Assembly: GCA_016206785.1 (NCBI GenBank)
Contig: JACQQV010000031.1
Span: 35,860 to 99,859 of the forward strand
Reading direction: 5' to 3'
Source: Candidatus Omnitrophota bacterium
GTDB taxonomy: Bacteria; Omnitrophota; Gorgyraeia; JACQQV01
Length of the DNA stretch: 64,000 nt
The position numbers and the translations under genes were made by a program. Every line of letters starts with the position of its first letter. The stretch's first letter is position 1. This document shows positions 22,501-28,935 of the stretch, piece by piece. The notes under the pieces were generated by a model. The model was not told the origin of the DNA. It ran no database searches and was given only the letters and a program-made list of their open reading frames with translations.

Positions 22501-24008
22501 ATTTGTTCCCGGCCGACGTCACGGACACTGACAATTCCTCTTTTCCAATCCCGGAGTTGCTGAGACAGCTCGTGCTCAGGGTCTTCTGGAGGGGCAACGG
22601 GGTACGGTTCCCCCGTGATACCCGAGAAAGCACGGTTTTCGGACGCACCATAGAGTGCACCTTCTTTAGGAAGAGAAATGGTGATGTCTCCTCCCTCCTG
22701 GCCACGGGCCAATACGATATCAAACCCTGCGTTTGAAACGGCGGCAATAGCAAACGTTGAGGCATTCCCACCCCCATAAAATTCCTTTTGCGCCTGGTTG
22801 ACGAGTTTATTTCGGTCGATAGAAGAGGGGAGCTTCTGTGAAACCTCCTCCAAAAGCCTGTCTCGGAAACGGATATACTTTCCATCATAGTGGTCTGGAT
22901 GTCGCAATCCGTCTTTGATCAGATCAAAGTTATGCTGCCGAACTGCATCCAAGGTTTCTGTCTCTTCGAGAACTTTTAAAGTTTCCCGGACCAACTTTTC
23001 AGCAATGCCCCGCACTGCAGCAAAGGTACTATCCTGGGAGATCAGGAGGCCATGGGTATTATGCCAATCTTCATAATCCTGAACGATCCGAAAGGCTCTC
23101 TGCACCGCTTTCGTCAAATCAACGGAACCGTCAGACTCCCTCGTCGCCATAAGTGCTACCAAATTTGCAAAAATTTCAGAGTCGGTCTGCCCTTTGAAAT
23201 CGGAAGCGAGGCGAAAGGGGCTTTGGGTCCCCGGTCTGGTACTATTCAGCATGCGGTCTTTAAAAGCATCCGCCCCTAAGAAATTCCCATTGTGGACAAG
23301 TGCAACTTGAAATCCGATTTCATCATTGCGCGCCAGAAAAGGATGGGCATTTTCATCAGAAATCACACCAACAGTCGCCCAACGGGTATGCCCGATCCCA
23401 ACCTGTTCAAACTTCACAGTCTCAAGATTGCCGCCCTGCTGTGTAATGATAGCCTGATCTTTTCGTGGGTCGATAGAGACATTGGAAGCCGGAACATGGT
23501 AGAGCCGGGCAATGTCACTTTTCAGGCCCTGATGGAGTTCTGTGCGGATTTTTTCCCTGAGGACCTTCGCATTCCCGGCATACTTGGAAACATGAACAAA
23601 ATAGGCCGCTTTCCTGTCCGGGCCGGGGATTTTGGTTACAATTGCCTGACCGTATCCGTCGTAACCGCCACTTAACAGTTTTTCAGTCTGTGTCTGAAGC
23701 ACTCCAATGGTATCCTGCACGCCAGTGACAAAGCAGAGACGGCACTCTACAGGAGATTTCCGTAGATTCAGAATGTCGTACCCCCGCGCCAGTGATCCGA
23801 ACCGTTTTGCGAAGTCTTTCGCGAGCGGCTCCTCAAGAGAAACGCCTCTTAATTCATCGATTAATTGTTTGCGGTTTCCGTCCTGAGAGTTCATGAGGGT
23901 TGGAGTCCGGAGATGAGAAACTGTGTGGGGGCGAGAAGCCCATGCAACAGTAGAAAAGGTATTGGAAAAAAGGAAAAGTTGTACGGTAAGCACTGCGACG
24001 ATTTTCAT
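19593..24008 (-). CDS. Second giant secreted protein (1471 aa): GlmS-like (class-II amidotransferase-like plus two SIS domains) fused to a ~500-aa Ala/Gly/Val-rich unknown C-terminal region
   Basis: The track ORF 19593..24134 reads through the leader. The start is refined to ATGAAAATC at 24006-24008 ([24 protein letters not shown] signal peptide), with a GGAGGTGAG RBS immediately upstream. Its stop lies only 35 nt before the 6085-aa gene start. Confidence 0.75.
   Translation of the reverse strand: [1471 protein letters not shown]
21129..23756 (-). other. GlmS-like region of the 1471-aa protein (GATase-like aa ~85-470; SIS1 ~560-760; SIS2 ~780-950)
   Basis: [21 protein letters not shown] aligns with [21 protein letters not shown] in glmS (39373..41208). 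The SIS motifs are [12 protein letters not shown] and [41 protein letters not shown] aligns with FLGRGVNFPSALEGALKLKEL in glmS. The N-terminal nucleophile Cys position is internal (ECRLCFVTG), so it is probably not an Ntn-type active amidotransferase. Confidence 0.65.
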
Positions 24009-24100
24009 CTCACTCACCTCCAAATTCGGCTGGGGGTCTTTTGGGTCTCCACCTCTCACCTTGGGAAGAAGGAAGCCAAAGCCCCCGTCGCCGAATCGAA

Positions 24101-24137
24101 ATAAAAAACCAGGTTGCCCTGTTCCTTTAGGCAACCC
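24101..24137 (-). terminator. Intrinsic-terminator-like hairpin plus U-tract inside the 5' leader of the giant-gene operon (attenuator candidate)
   Basis: On the minus-strand RNA the structure is GGUUGCC-uaaaggaacag-GGCAACC followed by UGGUUUUUUAUU. On the plus strand the stems are GGTTGCC (24113-24119) and GGCAACC (24131-24137), with the A-tract at 24101-24110. It sits about 95 nt upstream of the start codon at 24008 and about 180 nt downstream of the predicted promoter. Confidence 0.5.
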
Positions 24138-24317
24138 GGCTGTCTATTCTAGATCCAAGGTTTTGCAGTCCCACCCTCACGGATGGTTTGCTCTTATCTA
24201 GTGAACCATTCGGCTAAAAACAAATTCCGTTTCAAAAGAACTAAACTTATTAACCATTTAAAAAGGCTTAAGTTACGAACGAAAAAAAATACATGGACTC
24301 GTTCCCTTTTGTAACAA

Positions 24318-24346
24318 AGTATACCATTCAACCCGTAGGTTGTCAA
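24318..24346 (-). promoter_or_regulatory. Consensus sigma-70-type promoter for the giant-gene operon (TTGACA-17-TATACT)
   Basis: The minus-strand sequence reads cccTTGACAacctacgggttgaatggTATACTttg. The -35 box is the reverse complement of 24341-24346, the -10 box is the reverse complement of 24318-24323, and the spacer is 17 nt. Confidence 0.55.
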
Positions 24347-24378
24347 GGGAAAATATCTACCTATTGCGTCAACTAATA

Positions 24379-24400
24379 GGGACGCTTTCGGATGCGTCCC
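24379..24400 (-). terminator. Hairpin downstream of the HscB-like gene (weak terminator candidate)
   Basis: GGGACGC-tttcggat-GCGTCCC forms a perfect 7-bp stem. There is no strong U-tract after it on the minus strand. Confidence 0.3.
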
Positions 24401-24435
24401 CTGGGGACGGATTAGAGCCGAATTGGAAAACGTCC

Positions 24436-25077
24436 CTAATGGTGGACTCGCCCGCCGGTCTCGATCGATTGGAGGAGGTTCTTAAGGTAGGTGATTTCAT
24501 CTATCGTCTTGCGGATCGTCTTGGCAAGCGTTTTCTTCTGGGCGGGGTTGTTCTCTAAGTAATCCCATTCCTTTGTATAGGCCTCCAAGGAGAGGTGGCG
24601 CGTTTTCATTTTTGATTCAACCTCCTTCTTGGCTGAAGCAAGTTCCGCTTGGAGTGCCGAATCCTTCGTCCGTTTCTCCTCTTCTATCTTTTCCTGGATT
24701 TCAAAAATCTCCGCCGAAAGCGCGGGGTCTACCTTCGTTCTCTCTTTCTCAGGGGCGGGGACTTCAAGGTCAAGGAGATATTCAACCCGTGCGACCAGGT
24801 TCTTTAAGGTTTTATAGGCGTCGTTGAGAAGAGACGTTTTTTCGAGGCTATAGCGTTTCTCTTTGTCACTTTTCCCTTGAAAAAGATCGGGGTGGAATTT
24901 CCGACTTAATTCATAAAAAGTCTTGTCGAGAAGGGAACTATCAAGTTCCATCCCCCGAGGGAGCCCAAGGAAGGAAAAATAATCTTTTGTAGAAATCGGT
25001 TGGATTTTCTGGCAATGCTGACAGAAATGACTCGGACCCGGATCGTTCTGACAAGACCAGCAGAGAGAAGTTGTCAT
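24436..25077 (-). CDS. J-domain co-chaperone (HscB-like) with an N-terminal CxxC...CxxC zinc finger
   Basis: The J-domain is DYFSFLGLPRGMELDSSLLDKTFYELSRKFHPDLF, carrying the HPD motif. The N-terminal zinc-finger region is CWSCQNDPGPSHFCQHCQ. The C-terminal part is a helical region. The start is uncertain: the track ORF extends to 25152 and abuts tRNA-Asp, so MTTSL is chosen. Confidence 0.5.
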   Translation of the reverse strand: MTTSLCWSCQNDPGPSHFCQHCQKIQPISTKDYFSFLGLPRGMELDSSLLDKTFYELSRKFHPDLFQGKSDKEKRYSLEKTSLLNDAYKTLKNLVARVEYLLDLEVPAPEKERTKVDPALSAEIFEIQEKIEEEKRTKDSALQAELASAKKEVESKMKTRHLSLEAYTKEWDYLENNPAQKKTLAKTIRKTIDEITYLKNLLQSIETGGRVHH

Positions 25078-25154
25078 AGGCGAGAACTTGTAAGGCCTCT
25101 CATCCCGCATAGCGGGATTCGAGGCCATTTTGCCACATCTTGCGCCATTCAAAA

Positions 25155-25233
25155 TGGCGGTCCCGACGAGATTCGAACTCGCGATCTTCAGATTGACAAT
25201 CTGACGTGTTAGACCGGGCTACACCACGGGACC
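25155..25233 (-). tRNA. tRNA-Asp (anticodon GTC), CCA encoded
   Basis: The reverse complement is GGTCCCGTGGTGTAGCCCGGTCTAACACGTCAGATTGTCAATCTGAAG...GGTTCGAATCTCGTCGGGACCGCCA. The anticodon arm is TCAGA/ttGTCaa/TCTGA. The acceptor stem is GGTCCCG/CGGGACC. Confidence 0.8.
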
Positions 25234-25418
25234 TCGCTCGCAAATTCATGGAGAGCGCATTGCTCGCTCTCCAATGGGGAAAACTACGTTTTCCCCCTAT
25301 GGCGTCCGCCAAAGATCGTTGGCGGACTGTTACCCCCTTTCCTAAACATAGAACAGTTTATAACAAAATCCGAGAGAATCGAATAATTTTTGACATGCTC
25401 AGCTTAGTAAGTAACCAA

Positions 25419-25495
25419 TGGTGGGCGAAACAGGACTCGAACCTGTGACCCCGTGGATGTAAGCCACGTGCTCTAACCAACTGAGCTATTCGCCC
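25419..25495 (-). tRNA. tRNA-Val (anticodon TAC), CCA encoded
   Basis: The reverse complement is GGGCGAATAGCTCAGTTGGTTAGAGCACGTGGCTTACATCCACGGGGTCACAGGTTCGAGTCCTGTTTCGCCCACCA. The anticodon loop is cTTACATc. Confidence 0.8.
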
Positions 25496-25776
25496 GTTCG
25501 TTTCAGTTTAATAAACTCGTAGGCGAGAAGTCCAATATACGTGCCGAAGAGTCCTAAAAGCCCCGCCCGGCGGCTCACCCATTTGGCGCTCACGATAACA
25601 AAAATTCCGGCAAAAAGCAAAAGGTATCGGGACGAGAAAGCCAGAAGAAAAGAAAGGTTCGGTTTGCGAAGGCTCCCTAAACGCATGACCCACTTTTTAA
25701 GGAGAAAAAAATTAAAAAAAGAGAGCCCCGCCCCAAAGAAAAGTCCGCCTAAAGAATAGATCGGTTCAGGGAACAT
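25486..25776 (-). CDS. Small hydrophobic membrane protein (hypothetical)
   Basis: This ORF has two or three predicted TM helices (LGGLFFGAGLSFFNFFLL and LLLFAGIFVIVSA...LLGLFGTYIGLLAY). I recognised no family, and its 3' end overlaps tRNA-Val by about 10 nt, so it may be spurious. Confidence 0.3.
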   Translation of the reverse strand: MFPEPIYSLGGLFFGAGLSFFNFFLLKKWVMRLGSLRKPNLSFLLAFSSRYLLLFAGIFVIVSAKWVSRRAGLLGLFGTYIGLLAYEFIKLKRTGE

Positions 25777-26351
25777 CACCGGCTGAGTCCTCGACTTCCC
25801 GGCTTGGTCAAAGGGATCTTCTCCCTGCAGAGGGGGCATTCCCCTTTTGAAAAACTTTCCACCTGAAGTCGTAAAAGTGGCTCAAAGGGGACATCATAAC
25901 GGGCTTCGCCTCCACTTCGATCGACCAAGGCCCCCACGCCAATCACTTCTCCCTCCTCCGAGCGGGCAAGTGAAATCACCTCCTGTGTCGACCCTCCAGT
26001 TGTGACCACATCTTCCACGACAAGAACCTTTTCCCCTTTTCGAATTTCAAAATTTCGACGAAGTCGGAGAACCCCATTTTCCCGTTCTGTGTAAAGGGAG
26101 CGGGCCCCCAGCTGCCGCGCCACTTCAAAAGAGACGATGATCCCTCCTACTGCGGGGCCAATGACAACCGTCGCCCCTTTTCCCCGAAACCTATCCGCAA
26201 GCATCTTGCAAAGTTTCTCTGAAAGTGCCGGATGCTGAAGAAGAAGGGCGCACTGAAAATAAGCACCGCTATGCCGACCGCTCGTCAGCTCAAAGTGCCC
26301 CGTAAGATACGCCCCTGTTTCTTTAAATAGTTGTAAGGTGTCTTCACTCAT
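25776..26351 (-). CDS. pyrE: Orotate phosphoribosyltransferase
   Basis: PRTase motif VLVVEDVVTTGGST. The protein is 191 aa. It overlaps pyrF in an ATGA-type junction. Confidence 0.85.
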   Translation of the reverse strand: MSEDTLQLFKETGAYLTGHFELTSGRHSGAYFQCALLLQHPALSEKLCKMLADRFRGKGATVVIGPAVGGIIVSFEVARQLGARSLYTERENGVLRLRRNFEIRKGEKVLVVEDVVTTGGSTQEVISLARSEEGEVIGVGALVDRSGGEARYDVPFEPLLRLQVESFSKGECPLCREKIPLTKPGSRGLSR

Positions 26352-27061
26352 TGTATTTCCTTAAGAATAAGGTCTACCATCTCCAACGGATTTTGACTCT
26401 CAAGAATGGGGCGGCCGACTACAAGATAATCTGCGCCTGCCTCTATCGCTTCTTTCGGCTGGCTCACCCGCACCTGATCATGAAGAGGTGATCCAAGCGG
26501 CCTGATGCCGGGCACGACAATAAGAAAGTCTTGCCGAAGCGCCTGCCGCACCGAGTGGACTTCTGGGGGGGAACAGACAACCCCATCCAGGCCATTTTCA
26601 CTGGCAATCCTTGCGAGATGAACGACCTCTTCTTCCATATTCCCTGTAAGATCCCACCCTAAATGACCGAGCGTTTCCCTCCCCAAGTGCGTGAGAAGAG
26701 TGACTCCAAGAAGAAGGGACTTGCGTAATTTTCTCTGGGAGGCCTCTTCAGTGACCGCGGCCACACTCTCTCGAAGAACCCTCTCCCCCCCCATGATATG
26801 GAGCGTTAACATAAAAACACCCAAACGGACCGCCGCACGGCAGGCCCCCACAACCGTATTGGGGATATCATGAAATTTAAGATCCAAGAAAACCTCTTTG
26901 TTCTTTTGGCGGATCATTTCAATGACCGGCGTGCCCGCCGCTGTAAAAAGGGTGCTTCCTACCTTGAAGAGGTCTACTTTGGGAGAAAGTCTCTCCACCC
27001 ACTCCTCGGCCTCCTGAAACGTCAACACATCAAGTGCCACGATAAGTTTTGAAGGACTCAT
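26348..27061 (-). CDS. pyrF: Orotidine-5'-phosphate decarboxylase
   Basis: LIVALDV...FLDLKFHDIPNTV...PGIRPLG are the ODCase signature residues. Confidence 0.85.
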   Translation of the reverse strand: MSPSKLIVALDVLTFQEAEEWVERLSPKVDLFKVGSTLFTAAGTPVIEMIRQKNKEVFLDLKFHDIPNTVVGACRAAVRLGVFMLTLHIMGGERVLRESVAAVTEEASQRKLRKSLLLGVTLLTHLGRETLGHLGWDLTGNMEEEVVHLARIASENGLDGVVCSPPEVHSVRQALRQDFLIVVPGIRPLGSPLHDQVRVSQPKEAIEAGADYLVVGRPILESQNPLEMVDLILKEIQ

Positions 27062-27972
27062 GCAACCACCCCCACGATGTCACTTAAACGCTGAAGTCTC
27101 TCTCTTTTGGCATAGGCTTGAAGGCCCCCCAAAATTTCAAGAGGGGCTTTCGGGTTGACGAAATTCGCCGTGCCGACCTGGATCGCGGAAGAGCCGACCA
27201 TCATCATCTCGATCGCATCTTCTGCATTCATGATCCCCCCGATCCCGACGATGGGGCACTTGAGTGCCCGATACACCTGCCAGATCATCCGAAGCGCAAT
27301 CGGTTTAATGGCGGGGCCGCTCAAGCCGCCGGTCACCGTCGACAAAACCGGCCTCCGTCTCTGAACATCCACCGCCATGGCCAGAAAGGTATTGACGAGG
27401 GAGACAGCATCACTCCCGCCCTCCATCGCCGCTTTGGCCATGGTAACGATGTTGGTGACATTCGGCGAAAGTTTCGTGATGACCGGAAGGCGCGTTTCTC
27501 TCCGGACCCTTCGGACGATTTCCGTAATGCATTTTGGATTTGTCCCGAACTCAAGCCCTCCCTCTTTCACATTAGGACAAGAAACATTCAGTTCAAATCC
27601 AGAAATTCCTTTCGCGCCGCTCAAACGGGCGGTAAGCGTGGCGTAATCTTCAATCCGTTTGGCGGCGATATTGACAATAACGGGAACCTTCTCTTTCCTT
27701 AAAAAAGGGAGCTTTTTGCGAAGGAATTCATCGACGCCCACATTTTGAAGACCAATGGAATTAAGCATGCCGGAAGGGGTCTCAAGGACGCGGTAAGGAG
27801 GATTCCCTTGGCGAGGTTTTAAGGTGATGCTTTTTGTGACAAAGGCGCCGAGGCGGTTTAACGGAAAAACACGCGATTGTTCTTCTCCGTAGGAAGCGGT
27901 CCCGGAAGCGACCATGACCGGATTCTTCAGCTTCAGCGGACCGACTTGGACAGAAAGGTCTACATTAGACAT
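27058..27972 (-). CDS. pyrD: Dihydroorotate dehydrogenase catalytic subunit (class 1B)
   Basis: Motifs NPVMVASGT, GFELNVSCPNV and GGIMNAED. The start is refined to MSNVDLSV, because the track N-terminal extension is encoded by GGTCTTT-type repeat sequence. Confidence 0.8.
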   Translation of the reverse strand: MSNVDLSVQVGPLKLKNPVMVASGTASYGEEQSRVFPLNRLGAFVTKSITLKPRQGNPPYRVLETPSGMLNSIGLQNVGVDEFLRKKLPFLRKEKVPVIVNIAAKRIEDYATLTARLSGAKGISGFELNVSCPNVKEGGLEFGTNPKCITEIVRRVRRETRLPVITKLSPNVTNIVTMAKAAMEGGSDAVSLVNTFLAMAVDVQRRRPVLSTVTGGLSGPAIKPIALRMIWQVYRALKCPIVGIGGIMNAEDAIEMMMVGSSAIQVGTANFVNPKAPLEILGGLQAYAKRERLQRLSDIVGVVA

Positions 27973-28014
27973 AAGACTAAAGACCCAAGACAAAAGACTC
28001 TCGAGAAAAACAGA

Positions 28015-28935
28015 CTAATCCCATACAATCTCCTTTGCATCAAACACAGGTCCATCGACACACGCCAGCTTATAGAAAAAGTGGTTTTCGCTCCCTTTTC
28101 CTTGAGGGTCTTGGGTCTTAGGTCTTTGGTCTTTGGTCTGCACCTTCACCGCGCAGCCGAAGCAAATCCCATATCCACACGGCATGTGGGCATCGATGGA
28201 GAGTTCGCAGGGAATTTTAAATTTTTTTGAAAGTTCGGAGACCTTACGAAGCATTAATCTTGGGCCGCAGGCGTACAGTTGCGTCGTGCGTCGTTCGTCC
28301 CTCGTCGCTCGTAAGTGCTTCGCAAGGAGTTCCGTTACAAGTCCTTTGAATCCGTAAGACCCATCGTCGGTGGCGACTTCAAAATGCACACCGAGTCTTC
28401 TAAAATCCTTTTCGCAGAAGACCCTATTTTTGTTTCTCGCCCCCAAAAGGATGATTACATCCTCTTTCCTCTGTTTGCCCCGTTTCGGATCAATGAGCGC
28501 TTCGGCGAGGTCGTAGAAAGGAGCAAGCCCCACCCCCCCGCCAACCAAAATGGACAGATGTTTCGGCCGCGGGTAAGAAAAGGTCACCCCGAGAGGTCCG
28601 AAGAGATTTACGACATCTCCTTTCCGGGTTTCGGACAACATACGTGTCCCACGCCCGACTACCTCATACAGGATATCCAAGATCCGCTTCTCCCGCACAC
28701 GATAAATACTGAAAGGACGGGGAAGGAGAGGGTCGTACCTGGGGATGCATCGGATCTGCACAAACTGCCCCGGCTGGATCGTCTTTGCAATCGAAGGGGC
28801 CTCAAGGCTTAGGATAAAACTTTCCTCCGCCACCTTCGCCTGCTCGATGACCTTGGCATCGAGTTGAAAGATAGGGTTCACCCCGTTAGACCTCCCAGAC
28901 AAGCGATGATTGATTAAAGGTCTAACGGGGTTCAT
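28015..28935 (-). CDS. pyrK: Dihydroorotate dehydrogenase electron-transfer subunit (FAD/NAD-binding, 2Fe-2S)
   Basis: Ferredoxin-reductase-like fold with the C-terminal Cys cluster [11 protein letters not shown]...C. A repeat-encoded insert [16 protein letters not shown] lies between the third and fourth Cys. Confidence 0.75.
   Translation of the reverse strand: MNPVRPLINHRLSGRSNGVNPIFQLDAKVIEQAKVAEESFILSLEAPSIAKTIQPGQFVQIRCIPRYDPLLPRPFSIYRVREKRILDILYEVVGRGTRMLSETRKGDVVNLFGPLGVTFSYPRPKHLSILVGGGVGLAPFYDLAEALIDPKRGKQRKEDVIILLGARNKNRVFCEKDFRRLGVHFEVATDDGSYGFKGLVTELLAKHLRATRDERRTTQLYACGPRLMLRKVSELSKKFKIPCELSIDAHMPCGYGICFGCAVKVQTKDQRPKTQDPQGKGSENHFFYKLACVDGPVFDAKEIVWD
28106..28140. repeat. Tandem heptamer array (GGTCTTG GGTCTTA GGTCTTT GGTCTTT GGTCTG)
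   Basis: Five GGTCTTN units read directly on the plus strand. The array lies inside the pyrK coding sequence and encodes ...[12 protein letters not shown]... Related copies are at 27973-28000 (inverted orientation) and 41330-41398. Confidence 0.7.

Noticed and set aside
1301-24008. Mobile element, prophage or genomic-island origin for the giant-gene locus
   Set aside because: No integrase, transposase, terminal inverted repeats or phage structural genes are visible. The flanking tRNA-Asp/Val genes are intact and not obviously duplicated. GC content and codon usage look like the rest of the window.
24140-24300. Known riboswitch class in the giant-operon leader
   Set aside because: I could not recognise a glmS, TPP, SAM, purine, c-di-GMP or other familiar aptamer consensus by eye. 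Only the generic promoter-leader-terminator architecture is supported.
28106-28140. CRISPR array interpretation of the heptamer and other short repeats
   Set aside because: The repeat units are 7 nt with no spacers, and no cas genes are present. This is a tandem simple-repeat, not a CRISPR.
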